Source: Elusimicrobiota bacterium
GTDB lineage: Bacteria; Elusimicrobiota; Elusimicrobia; Elusimicrobiales; UBA9959
Direction: 5' to 3'
Length of the DNA stretch: 64,000 nt
Assembly: GCA_016208085.1 (NCBI GenBank)
Contig: JACQYT010000080.1
Location: forward strand, 56,514 to 120,513
Shown: one piece after another, positions 1-8,940 of the stretch
Numbering within the stretch: the first letter of the stretch is position 1
How the letters are laid out: every line of letters starts with the position of its first letter
Translations under genes and position numbers: made by a program
The notes under the pieces: model-generated
What the model was told of the DNA's origin: nothing
The model's database searches: none
Seen by the model: the letters and a program-made list of their open reading frames with translations, nothing else

Positions 1-1955
1 AGCCTGCTTTCATAAATGAAGCGGGAAGGCAGGTTCGAATAAGTAACGCCGAAAACCTTTCTCGTGTTCGCCCAGGTAAGGTATAGCCGCTCTTTCGCCC
101 GCGTCATGCCCACGTAAGCCAGCCTGCGCTCCTCTTCCAGCTCTTCGGCTGAAGTGTCGGCCGCGTTTATCGGAAAAAGGTTTTCTTCAAGGCCGGTCAG
201 GAAAGTCACCGGGAACTCCAGCCCCTTCGCCAGGTGCACCGTCATCAGCGTCACGGCGTAAGTGTCGGTGTTCAGCTCGTCCACCTGGGAGGCCAGCATC
301 ACTTCCTCAAGGTATTTATGCAGCGTCGGGGGCTCGTCCGAGCGTTTGGCGCGGTCCTCAAATTCTTTTACAGCGTTGACCAGTTCCTGCAGGTTGCCCA
401 GGCGGTTCAGCGCCGCTTGAGGGTCTTTTTCCGATTCATCCTCAATAAACTGCCAATAACCCGACTTGGTCAACATTTTTTCAAGCATCAGGTGCGGGGC
501 GGTGGAGCACAGGTCCGGCTTTATAGCGTCCTGGATGTTCAGGAAATCCTTTATTCCGCGCCGCGCCGCATTGGTCAGGTCCGGTATCCGGTCTTCTTTG
601 AGAAGGGCATCATAAAGCGACAGTTCATTTGCCAGTGCGTAAGCCGAAACCCTTTCCAGCGCGGTCTTGCCGATGCCGCGGGCCGGCGTGTTTATCACCC
701 GCAGTATGCTTACCGTGTCCCACGGGTTTACCAGTATCTTAAGATAGGACAGCGCGTCCTTTACTTCCTTCCTGTCGTAGAACCTGACCGAGCCGATCAG
801 CCGGTAGGGAATGCGCCCCGCGCGGAAAGTTTCTTCAAAAGAGCGGCTCTGGGCGTTGGTGCGGTAGAAAACGGCGATATCATTATAGGTGTGCGCCCCG
901 CGCGCGGTCAGCCGCTTTATCTTTTCAAGGATGGTCATTGCCTCTTCCGTTTCGGTGGCGCATTCCAGCAATTCAACCGGCTCGCCGTGTGGCTTTTCGG
1001 TCCAGAGGTTCTTGGGCTTGCGGCCTCTGTTATGCTTTATGACCTCGTTGGCGGCGTGCAGGATCTTCGCGGTAGACCGGTAGTTCTGCTCAAGCACTAT
1101 GGTCCGGGCGTCCTTAAAATCTTTTTCGAACTCCAGGATGTTCCTGATGTCCGCCCCGCGCCACCCGTACACGCTTTGATCAGGATCTCCGACCACGCAG
1201 AGGTTCCGATGCCTGGCCGAGAGGGTCTTTATCAGCACGTACTGCGCGTGGTTGGTGTCCTGGTACTCGTCCACCAGTAGGTATTTGAAATGTTCCTGGT
1301 AGTATTCCCTTATGTCTTCTTTTGCCGTCAGCAATTCCGCAGTCCGGATTATCAGGTCGCCGAAATCAAGCGCCCCGGCCTCGTTCAGCTTTTTCTGGTA
1401 GCGCAGGTATATCCGCGCCAGTTTCAGGCGGTTCTGCTCGCCGGAGGCCTCGGCGTTTATCAGGTAGGACTGCGCATCCAGCAGATCGTCCTTGGCCCTG
1501 GAGATAAGCGTGGTATAAAGCCCGGCCTTGTTCTTTTCGTCAAAGCCAAGCTCCTCAAGGCTGAGCTGTATGAGCTTCTTCTGGTCGTCCTCGTCGTATA
1601 TCGCGAAGTCCGGCTTGACGCCTATAAGCTTGCCGTGCCGGCGGAGCAGGCGGGCGCCGAGCGCGTGAAAAGTGTGTATCCACATCCCGCCGGAATTGTG
1701 GACCAGCCTGCCGACGCGGTGCAGCATTTCCTGCGCGGCCTTGTTCGTGAAGGTGATGGCAAGTATCCTGGACGGCGGGACTCCGGAAGCGATCAGTAGC
1801 GCAATCTTTGAGGTGAGCGTTTTTGTCTTGCCGGTGCCGGCCCCGGCCAGTATCAGCAGCGGCCCGCCGAAATACCGGACCGCCTCAAGCTGCTTGGAGT
1901 TCAGTTCCAGTTTCGGGAAGATGTCCGGGTTTATCTGTATGTCCAGAACGCTCAT
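1..1955 (-). CDS. UvrD/PcrA/Rep-family superfamily-1 DNA helicase, N-terminal ~650 aa (C-terminus lies beyond the left window edge)
   Basis: Absent from the ORF track because it has no stop inside the window. My reverse-complement translation from ATG 1955..1953 reads MSVLDIQINPDIFPKLELNSKQLEAVRYFGGPLLILAGAGTGKTKTLTSKIA (Walker A AGAGTGKT), and later FKYLLVDEYQDTNHAQ (motif II). Track ORFs 234..1280 and 1290..1799 (+) are its antisense shadows. Confidence 0.85.
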   Translation of the reverse strand, partial: MSVLDIQINPDIFPKLELNSKQLEAVRYFGGPLLILAGAGTGKTKTLTSKIALLIASGVPPSRILAITFTNKAAQEMLHRVGRLVHNSGGMWIHTFHALGARLLRRHGKLIGVKPDFAIYDEDDQKKLIQLSLEELGFDEKNKAGLYTTLISRAKDDLLDAQSYLINAEASGEQNRLKLARIYLRYQKKLNEAGALDFGDLIIRTAELLTAKEDIREYYQEHFKYLLVDEYQDTNHAQYVLIKTLSARHRNLCVVGDPDQSVYGWRGADIRNILEFEKDFKDARTIVLEQNYRSTAKILHAANEVIKHNRGRKPKNLWTEKPHGEPVELLECATETEEAMTILEKIKRLTARGAHTYNDIAVFYRTNAQSRSFEETFRAGRIPYRLIGSVRFYDRKEVKDALSYLKILVNPWDTVSILRVINTPARGIGKTALERVSAYALANELSLYDALLKEDRIPDLTNAARRGIKDFLNIQDAIKPDLCSTAPHLMLEKMLTKSGYWQFIEDESEKDPQAALNRLGNLQELVNAVKEFEDRAKRSDEPPTLHKYLEEVMLASQVDELNTDTYAVTLMTVHLAKGLEFPVTFLTGLEENLFPINAADTSAEELEEERRLAYVGMTRAKERLYLTWANTRKVFGVTYSNLPSRFIYESR

Positions 1956-2031
1956 TACAGTTAATTTTACAATTTTTGCCCCGCACTTTGGCTTTGTTGA
2001 ATAAATAACAGGAGTAAGAGAAGGCTCGTGC

Positions 2032-3105
2032 TCAATGCGGGCTGAACTTGAAGAAGCAGATATCGCCGTCCTTAATGACGTATTCCCTGCCCTCGGAGCG
2101 GATCAGGCCCTTTTCCTTCAGCGTCTTTTCGTCGCGGTATTTCTCTATGTCTTCAACAGAATAGACCTCGGTGCGGATAAAGCCTTTCTCCATGTCGGTG
2201 TGAACCCGGCCGGCGGCCTGCGGAGCCTTCAGCCCCTGCCTGAGCGTCCACGCCCGGACTTCGTCCTCCCCGACGGTGAAGAAATTTATTATTTTCAGCA
2301 GTTCCTTCCCAGCCAGTATCATCTTTTCAAGCCCGGTGTATTCCTCTCCCATATCCTTTAAAAAGGCCCGTTTTTCCTCTTCCGGCAGCTCGATAAGCTC
2401 CGACTCTATCTTTGCTGATATCTCCACAAGCTTTATGCCGCGGGCCTTGGCGAAATCGCGCAATTTGCCCAGCATGATCGGGTCGGGCTTCTCATCCGTG
2501 TTCGCCGCGTAAAAGACGGGCTTGGTGGTCAGCAGGTTGAAATCGCGCGTTTCTTCCGCCGTATAGCCGGCCTCGCCGGCGAACCTGCCTTCGGCGAGCA
2601 GGGCTTTTAGCTTTTCAAGCTTTTCCTGGCGCTCCTTTGCTTCTTTTTTCCCGCTTTTCAGGTCGCCGGAGTTCTTGTCCAGCATCTTTTCCACGGCCTC
2701 CAGATCGGCCAGCATCAGTTCGGTTTCCACTATCTCCGCATCGCGCAGCGGGTCCACGCTGTTCAGCACGTGCACCACGTTAGGGTCCCTGAAACAGCGC
2801 ACCACGTGAGCGATGACGTCCACTTCCCGTATCGTCCCGAGGAATTTGTTGCCCAACCCCTCGCCCCTGGAGGCGCCCTGGACCAGCCCGGCCACGTCCA
2901 CGAACTTTATATAGGAGGGGACCTTCTTCGGCGGCTTGAAGAGCTCAAAAAGCGCGTCCAGCCGCCGGTCCGGCACCTGCACCGTGCCGACGTTCGCGTC
3001 TTTGGTGCTGAACGGATAGCTGGACGAGGCCGCGCCGGCCCGTGTCAGCGCGTTGAACAGCGTAGATTTGCCGGAATTGGCCAGCCCTACAATGCCGATT
3101 TCCAT
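2032..3105 (-). CDS. ychF: Redox-regulated/ribosome-binding ATPase YchF (Obg-like GTPase family)
   Basis: MEIGIVGLANSGKSTLFNAL P-loop, coiled-coil insert, and C-terminal TGS-like GFIRTEVYSVEDI. The start is moved to the internal Met (MEIGIVG) because the first 20 aa of the track ORF are unrelated. Confidence 0.9.
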   Translation of the reverse strand: MEIGIVGLANSGKSTLFNALTRAGAASSSYPFSTKDANVGTVQVPDRRLDALFELFKPPKKVPSYIKFVDVAGLVQGASRGEGLGNKFLGTIREVDVIAHVVRCFRDPNVVHVLNSVDPLRDAEIVETELMLADLEAVEKMLDKNSGDLKSGKKEAKERQEKLEKLKALLAEGRFAGEAGYTAEETRDFNLLTTKPVFYAANTDEKPDPIMLGKLRDFAKARGIKLVEISAKIESELIELPEEEKRAFLKDMGEEYTGLEKMILAGKELLKIINFFTVGEDEVRAWTLRQGLKAPQAAGRVHTDMEKGFIRTEVYSVEDIEKYRDEKTLKEKGLIRSEGREYVIKDGDICFFKFSPH

Positions 3106-3337
3106 ATAAATGATTATATACAGATTCCGCCCGCGCCCGCCAGGGGATTTTTTCAGTTGTCGCAATTTTTTCAGTTAGAAATTCACTCGCAGCGCGGCCG
3201 CCGGGGCGGCGGTTTCTGTTATCTTCGTAGCACCTGTATGTTTTGTGACGCATGGCATGTTTTCAGGATTTAATATAAGATAAATAGTGTTATTGTATAG
3301 TCATTGATATAGTATAACTATAATCCATATGTAACTG

Positions 3338-3366
3338 TTTACAAACACAGGGACATTTGCTATACT
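3338..3366 (+). promoter_or_regulatory. Sigma70-like promoter for the type I R-M operon (TTTACA - 17 nt - TGCTATACT extended -10)
   Basis: TTTACA at 3338..3343, a 17-nt spacer and TATACT at 3361..3366 preceded by TGC. It sits in an AT-rich divergent intergenic region 42 nt upstream of the hsdM ATG, with an AAGGGGG RBS in between. Confidence 0.5.
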
Positions 3367-3407
3367 AGAAGTGTCTCCACAGCTTCAACGCAAGGGGGTT
3401 TACAATT

Positions 3408-4892
3408 ATGGAAAAACTTGATCTTGAAAAACTTACAGCCCATTTATGGGAATCCGCCAACATCCTGCGCGGCAGCATAGATTCCTCGGACTATAAAAAC
3501 TATATTTTCGGCCTGCTCTTTCTCAAGCGCATCTCGGATGTTTTTGAGGAAGAAGCTGAAAAAATAGTAAAGGAAACCGGCGATAAAAAAATTGCCTACG
3601 AAGACCCGGACGAGCATGAATTTTTTGTTCCGGCCAAGGCTAACTGGAAACATCTGGCATCCCTCACCCACAATCTGGGCGACGCCATAAACAAGGCTAA
3701 CGATATTCTTGAAGAGGAAAACCGTGTGCTTGAAGGCGTGCTTTCAGCCACGGACTTTAACGATAAAGAGCGCCTGCCGGATGAAACCCTTTCAAGGCTT
3801 ATCCTACATTTTTCCGGGCTCAGCCTTCGCAATGACAATCTGGCCGAGCCTGATATCCTTGGCCGGGCATATGAGTACCTTATCGCCCAGTTCGCCGATG
3901 ATGCCGGCAAGAAAGGCGGGGAATTTTACACGCCGAAGGAAGTGGTCACCCTGCTTGTGGAAATTCTGGACCCCAAAGCCGGCATGTATGTATGCGACCC
4001 AGCCTGTGGTTCCGGCGGTATGCTGGTGCAAACCGTCCATCATCTCAAGGCTATAAAGCAGAACCCCAAAAATATAGTTCTGCACGGCCAGGAACGCAAT
4101 ATCGGCACCTGGGCTATATGCAAAATGAACATGCTTTTGCACGGCATCTCCGGCGCGCGCATAGAAAAAGGCGACACAATCCGGGAGCCCAAGCTGCTTC
4201 AAAAGGGGAAGCTTATTGAATACGACATCGTTATAGCCAATCCGCCTTTTTCGCTCAAGAATTGGGGGATAGAATCGGCTGAAAACGACGGTTTTGGCCG
4301 GTTCCGCTATGGTGTACCACCGCAGAGCTATGGCGATTACGCTTTTGTCCAGCACATGATCGCCGTTCTTAAACCTTCCGGTAGGGCCGGCATCGTTCTG
4401 CCTCACGGCGTTCTATTCCGCGGCGGCGCCGAAGGCCGCATTCGCCAGGGGATACTGGAAGAGGACCTTGTGGAGGCCGTCATAGGTCTGCCGCAGAACT
4501 TGTTTTACGGCGCAAGCATCCCTGCCGCCCTGTTGATACTAAACAGGAACAAACCCGCCGACAGGAAGGGGAAAGTATTCTTTATCTACGGCGCGCGGGA
4601 CTTTGAACAACTTAAAAACAAAAACAAGCTGCGGCAGGAAGATATAGACAAGATACTTAACGCTTACCGCTCAACCTCCAATATTGAAAAGTATTCCCGC
4701 CAGGTCGGCTTGGACGAAATCAGGCGCAACGATTATAACCTGAACATTCCGCGCTACATTGACATAACTGAGGAAGAGGAAGCGATAGATGTCCAAACCG
4801 TAATAAATGACCTGGCCAGGCTGAAAAAAGAGCGCCAGGCCGCCGAGGACAAAGTTGAGGGTTATCTGAAAGCTCTCGGTTATAAAATATAA
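3408..4892 (+). CDS. hsdM: Type I restriction-modification system, DNA methyltransferase subunit HsdM (N6-adenine)
   Basis: HsdM N-terminal domain (LWESANILRG...YKNYIFGLLFLKRISD), AdoMet motif DPACGSGGML, catalytic IANPPFS. Confidence 0.95.
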   Translation: MEKLDLEKLTAHLWESANILRGSIDSSDYKNYIFGLLFLKRISDVFEEEAEKIVKETGDKKIAYEDPDEHEFFVPAKANWKHLASLTHNLGDAINKANDILEEENRVLEGVLSATDFNDKERLPDETLSRLILHFSGLSLRNDNLAEPDILGRAYEYLIAQFADDAGKKGGEFYTPKEVVTLLVEILDPKAGMYVCDPACGSGGMLVQTVHHLKAIKQNPKNIVLHGQERNIGTWAICKMNMLLHGISGARIEKGDTIREPKLLQKGKLIEYDIVIANPPFSLKNWGIESAENDGFGRFRYGVPPQSYGDYAFVQHMIAVLKPSGRAGIVLPHGVLFRGGAEGRIRQGILEEDLVEAVIGLPQNLFYGASIPAALLILNRNKPADRKGKVFFIYGARDFEQLKNKNKLRQEDIDKILNAYRSTSNIEKYSRQVGLDEIRRNDYNLNIPRYIDITEEEEAIDVQTVINDLARLKKERQAAEDKVEGYLKALGYKI

Positions 4893-4916
4893 CGCTGATT
4901 TTAAGGAGATGAATCA

Positions 4917-6431
4917 ATGGAAGAAAATAAACATCCGATAGAAAAAAATCCTCTGTTCGGGCAGTTGCCGCTTGAACTTTCAGAAAATATCCGGTCTCTC
5001 AACCCCTGGTGGAGCGATGAGGCCGCACCGACAGTGCCTTCCTTCCATCGTTGGATCTTCAAGCGTTTGAATCACATGCTCCATGAAGGGTTGACGCCTG
5101 CGACCGTACTTCGGGGTCCCCGCCGAGTCGGCAAAACGGTCATTCTCAGGCAAATCATCGAGGACTTGCTGGGATCTGCGGTCATTCCTTCACGCATACT
5201 CTATCTTCCCTTTGACGAGTTGCCCACGATGCAGGGCATCCAGGAACCCATTTTGACCGTCGCCCGGTGGTTCGAAAGGGAGGTTATGGGCTGTACTTTC
5301 AACACCTCGGCCCAACAAAATCAGCCGGCCTATCTGCTGTTGGATGAGGTGCAAAATTTGGAGTCCTGGGCTCCCCAGGTCAAGAATCTGGTGGATAACC
5401 ATTCCATGCGCATGCTCATCACTGGAAGCTCCTCGCTGCGCATAGAGGCTGGGCGCGACAGTCTTGCCGGACGAATCTCGACTGTGGATTTGGGCCCGCT
5501 GTCCACTAGGGAAATCGCCGAGATGCGCTTCGGGGCGCGAACAAAACCGATTTGGAACAACGGCCTCAATGGAATAGCGATTCCCGACTTTTGGCGGCAG
5601 GCCGTCGTCATCTGCCGCAAACAAACGGTTCTGCGCCGGAAAGCGTTCGCCGCTTTTTCCGATCGCGGCGCTTACCCGGTTGCTCATGAGAGGAAGGCTG
5701 CCCCGTGGTCCGAGATCGCGGATTATCTCAACGAAACCGTCATCCAGCGGGCTATCCGGCATGATCTACGCATGGGAGCGTGGGGCCAAAAACGGGATGA
5801 AAAGCTCTTGGAGGAAGTTTTCCGCTTGTGCTGCCGCTATGCGGGGCAGGCTCCGGGACAAAGGATCTTCGTCCCGGAAATCCATCAGGCGCTGTCCGTA
5901 AATATCGGCTGGAATAGGATACTTGACTACCTTCAATTTCTTGACAAGACGCTGCTCATCCGACTCATCAGACCGTTGGAGCTCAGATTAAAACGGCAAT
6001 CATCTCCGCCAAAGGTATGCTTGTGCGACCATTCCCTGCGCGCAAGTTGGCTTCAGGAGGTCGTTCCACTTGACCCTGACGGGCTTTCCAAGAATCCACA
6101 CCTTTCGGATTTGGCAGGACACTTGGCGGAAAGCGCGCTCGGCTACTTTCTGGCCTCGATCCCCAACCTGGATGTCGCATATTTTCCCGCGCGCGGCACG
6201 GAACCGGAGGTGGATTTTGTCATAACGGTGGGAACCAAACGGATTCCCATCGAGGTGAAATACCGCAAGTATATTGATCCCCACGACGACACTTTGGGAC
6301 TGCGCGCATTTTTGGAGAAATCCGTCTACAATGCGCCCTTTGGGCTTCTTGTGACCTTGGAGGATGATGTCACCGTGCTGGACCCGCGCATTATCCCCAT
6401 TTCATTGTCGGCTCTGTTATGGTTGAAATAG
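4917..6431 (+). CDS. AAA_14 / DUF4143-type ATPase with PD-(D/E)xK-like C-terminal region, nested in the R-M operon
   Basis: NPWW motif, Walker A GPRRVGKT, Walker B LLLDEVQ, LITGSSS...SLAGR, and C-terminal EVDFVITVG..IPIEVKYRK. There is a 24-nt gap after hsdM and the gene is on the same strand. Confidence 0.8.
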   Translation: MEENKHPIEKNPLFGQLPLELSENIRSLNPWWSDEAAPTVPSFHRWIFKRLNHMLHEGLTPATVLRGPRRVGKTVILRQIIEDLLGSAVIPSRILYLPFDELPTMQGIQEPILTVARWFEREVMGCTFNTSAQQNQPAYLLLDEVQNLESWAPQVKNLVDNHSMRMLITGSSSLRIEAGRDSLAGRISTVDLGPLSTREIAEMRFGARTKPIWNNGLNGIAIPDFWRQAVVICRKQTVLRRKAFAAFSDRGAYPVAHERKAAPWSEIADYLNETVIQRAIRHDLRMGAWGQKRDEKLLEEVFRLCCRYAGQAPGQRIFVPEIHQALSVNIGWNRILDYLQFLDKTLLIRLIRPLELRLKRQSSPPKVCLCDHSLRASWLQEVVPLDPDGLSKNPHLSDLAGHLAESALGYFLASIPNLDVAYFPARGTEPEVDFVITVGTKRIPIEVKYRKYIDPHDDTLGLRAFLEKSVYNAPFGLLVTLEDDVTVLDPRIIPISLSALLWLK

Positions 6432-6432
6432 T

Positions 6433-6457
6433 AAAAATTTTTGCGGCAAAAATTTTT
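6433..6457. repeat. Palindromic repeat AAAAATTTTTGCGGCAAAAATTTTT (copy 1 of 3)
   Basis: Perfect 10-bp arms around GCGGC, directly followed by AATG, the start of the next ORF. Near-identical copies lie at 32411..32435 and 56696..56720. Confidence 0.85.
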
Positions 6458-6458
6458 A

Positions 6459-7496
6459 ATGAAAGAATATAGAGAACAACTGCTGGACTTGATTCTTAAC
6501 TTCCTCTGGCGGCAGTGGTCCGCCCTGGGCGTATTGGGGACGTCCAGCTCGGAAGATGAATGGATCCTGGACCCGGAGCCTTTGCTTCTCTTCTCCCTTG
6601 AGACGGCGCGCTATGAGCCGCGCCTCTTTGACGAAATCCTTTCCTGGCTTTGGACCAACGGCGCCTTGCTTGATATCGCGCGCATCAAGAAGCTTTTATT
6701 GGAAAGAAATTCCGAGGAAACGGCCCGCGTCGTGGGCGGAACGCTTAATTACCTGGTTGATTTCGCGGACAATCGCAAGTGGCAGGGTATTGTGAAATTC
6801 GCGAATGAAAAGTTCCTGGTCAATTCCAAAGACAAGGCCGTCAGGGCGCTCTTCCGGCTTAGAACGGGCGAGCCTCATCCCATGGCGAAAGACGCGGATT
6901 GGCGGTTCATCCCCTTTAATCTTAACCGGCCGAAAATTTTAAGGATAAGAAGGGGCGCGGACGTCCCAGTAAACGCGCAGACGAATATCCGTTTTTTGTT
7001 AAGGCGGTTGTTCGGGGTCGGCGCGCGTTCCGAGGTGATTCTGTATCTGCTGACGCATGAATCCGGCGCTCCTGCCGAGATAGCCGATGCCACCGGCTAT
7101 TTTTGGCTTACCATACGCGACGTTCTGGAAGATTTGCGCGGCTCCAGGCAAATCCTTACAAAGCAGAAAGGCAAACGGATAGAATACTGGCTCTCGCAGA
7201 ATAAATGGTGGGATTTTATTTCCTCTTCCGCGCAGGAAACGCGGCGGCCCAAGTGGCTTAACTGGGCGGAGATTTATACGGCGTTATATATCCTCTGGAA
7301 TACCGTGGACGAAATAGCCGGGGGTTCGGAGTCCGAATATATGAAAAGCTCGCGCCTGCAGGACAGCCTTGAAAAGCTGTCGTCCGAGTTCGCGCAGGCG
7401 GGCATAGCTGTAGGCAATCCCCCGTCTCCGGGCCTTCCCGCTGAGATGCACCAGAGCGCCGCCTTGAAATTTATATCCGGAGCGCTTGGAGCATAA
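6459..7496 (+). CDS. Hypothetical protein (possible winged-helix segment), partner of the DUF4143 ATPase
   Basis: 345-aa ORF with protein-like composition. I recognise no catalytic motif. The segment RSEVILYLLTHESGAPAEIADATGYFWLTIRDVLEDLRGSRQILTKQKGKRIEYWL looks wHTH-like. The start is set at ATG 6459 because the TTG at 6441 lies inside a palindromic repeat. The 3' end overlaps the hsdS start by 11 nt. Confidence 0.6.
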   Translation: MKEYREQLLDLILNFLWRQWSALGVLGTSSSEDEWILDPEPLLLFSLETARYEPRLFDEILSWLWTNGALLDIARIKKLLLERNSEETARVVGGTLNYLVDFADNRKWQGIVKFANEKFLVNSKDKAVRALFRLRTGEPHPMAKDADWRFIPFNLNRPKILRIRRGADVPVNAQTNIRFLLRRLFGVGARSEVILYLLTHESGAPAEIADATGYFWLTIRDVLEDLRGSRQILTKQKGKRIEYWLSQNKWWDFISSSAQETRRPKWLNWAEIYTALYILWNTVDEIAGGSESEYMKSSRLQDSLEKLSSEFAQAGIAVGNPPSPGLPAEMHQSAALKFISGALGA

Positions 7497-8787
7497 AATG
7501 GGCAACCAGATAAACAGCCTGAAGATGGGCCAGAAGTTCAAAAAAACCCCCGCCGGAGAAATTCCGGTGGACTGGGGCGTTTCAACTGTCGGTGATTTGT
7601 GCCAGGTTAATCCGGAAGTTCTTGGGGAATCTACGCCGCCTGATACACGGTTAAAGTATATTGATATTTCATCAATAGAGCGCACAGGGAACATTTCGGC
7701 TGTTAAGGATATTGAATTTAAAGATGCGCCCTCGCGTGCCAAGCGAATTGTTAAAGCCGGGGATATAATAGTTTCCTCAGTCCGCCCATATCTTAGAGCT
7801 TTCGCCCGGATTATAGACCTGTCAAAGAATCTCATTGCCTCAACAGGTTTTACGGTTCTTCGTCCTCGCTCCAATGTGGATGGCGGCTATATATATCAAC
7901 ATATATTAAGCAGTTCTTTTGTGAAATACTTGGAAGGGCGGATGGTGGGGTCAAATTACCCCGCTGTCAATGCGAGCGATGTGGCAGAATACCAGATGCC
8001 AGTGCCAACAATTGTGGAACAGAAAAAAATCGGCCGAATATTGTCTGATATTGATGGATTAATTGACGCTACTCAAATTGAAATTGAAAAGACCAAAGAA
8101 CTTAAAAGAGGCCTGATGCGACAACTTCTCACCCGCGGCATCGGCCATAAAAAATTTAAAAAAACCGCTATAGGCAAAATTCCAGCGGATTGGGAGATAC
8201 GAAATCTTGACGAGCTTTCTACTGACATTTATCGATACCCGACGTATTTCAATATTAAATATGTCGAAAACGGGGTTCCAGAGGTAAGGGGCGAATTAAT
8301 CGGGGCAAATGGGCAGCTTGAAAAAGACACGAGCAGATATAGATACATTTCTTTGGAAACAGCGGCAAAATTCCCCCGTACGAAGCTAGAAGAGGGAGAT
8401 TTTGTCTTGTCGATCCGTGGAACAATGGGGAAAGTTGCCATTGTTACGAAAGAATTGAGTGGGGCCAACATGACGGCCAATCTTATACGCATTTCTCCAA
8501 ATAGAAAGTTGGTAATACCTCATTGGTTACTACATGTGCTTTTGGGTGAATCTTTTCAAAAAAAACTTGCTGCGGCATCTTCAAGCACAACAATAATGAC
8601 AATAACCACGCCAGAGTTGAAAAACATTAAATTCTTTTGCCCACCTTTAAAAGAGCAACAGAAGATGGTTGATGTTTTAGCAGGATTGGACACTCAATTC
8701 AGAACTGCTGTAAGTATTTGCGAGAAAACAGAAGAATTAAAAAAAGGTTTGATGAAAATGCTTTTAACCGGCAAAGTGCGGGTATAA
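7486..8787 (+). CDS. hsdS: Type I R-M specificity subunit HsdS (two target-recognition domains)
   Basis: Two TRDs, each followed by the conserved helical spacer (ELKRGLMRQLLTRGIGH and ELKKGLMKMLLTGKVRV). Visibly AT-richer than hsdM and hsdR. Confidence 0.9.
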   Translation: MEHKMGNQINSLKMGQKFKKTPAGEIPVDWGVSTVGDLCQVNPEVLGESTPPDTRLKYIDISSIERTGNISAVKDIEFKDAPSRAKRIVKAGDIIVSSVRPYLRAFARIIDLSKNLIASTGFTVLRPRSNVDGGYIYQHILSSSFVKYLEGRMVGSNYPAVNASDVAEYQMPVPTIVEQKKIGRILSDIDGLIDATQIEIEKTKELKRGLMRQLLTRGIGHKKFKKTAIGKIPADWEIRNLDELSTDIYRYPTYFNIKYVENGVPEVRGELIGANGQLEKDTSRYRYISLETAAKFPRTKLEEGDFVLSIRGTMGKVAIVTKELSGANMTANLIRISPNRKLVIPHWLLHVLLGESFQKKLAAASSSTTIMTITTPELKNIKFFCPPLKEQQKMVDVLAGLDTQFRTAVSICEKTEELKKGLMKMLLTGKVRV

Positions 8788-8791
8788 TTTT

Positions 8792-8940
8792 ATGGGTAAA
8801 TTCAACGAAGACACGCTTTCTGAAAAGCCGGCGATTGAGCAGTTGAGGCGGATGAAGTACGAGTTTATACCCGGCGACAAGCTGGACCCGCAGGAAACAG
8901 AAGATTGCGAGCGGACTTTGCGCCGTGAGGTTCAAGCATG
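8792..8940 (+). pseudogene. hsdR 5' stub (49 codons), a duplicated N-terminus of the HsdR gene at 10207
   Basis: MGKFNEDTLSEKPAIEQLRRMKYEFIPGDKLDPQETEDCERTLRRE compares with HsdR MTTPKFNEDTLSEKPAIEQLKRMKYEFLTGDKLDPQEAEECERTSRRD. Nucleotide similarity runs over 8798..8928 versus 10219..10349. Confidence 0.8.

Noticed and set aside
234-1799. Long + strand ORFs (348 aa and 169 aa) at the left edge
   Set aside because: They are antisense shadows of the minus-strand UvrD/PcrA-like helicase, whose motifs (AGAGTGKT, DEYQD) read cleanly on the opposite strand. Their translations are Arg/Gly/Val/Pro-rich and motif-free.
6441-6458. TTG start giving MRQKFLM..., and the identical MRQKFLM extension on aroQ (32410..32427)
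   Set aside because: Both are read-throughs of the AAAAATTTTTGCGGCAAAAATTTTT palindrome. The identical peptide on two unrelated proteins is a repeat artefact, and the ATG directly after the palindrome is the likelier start.
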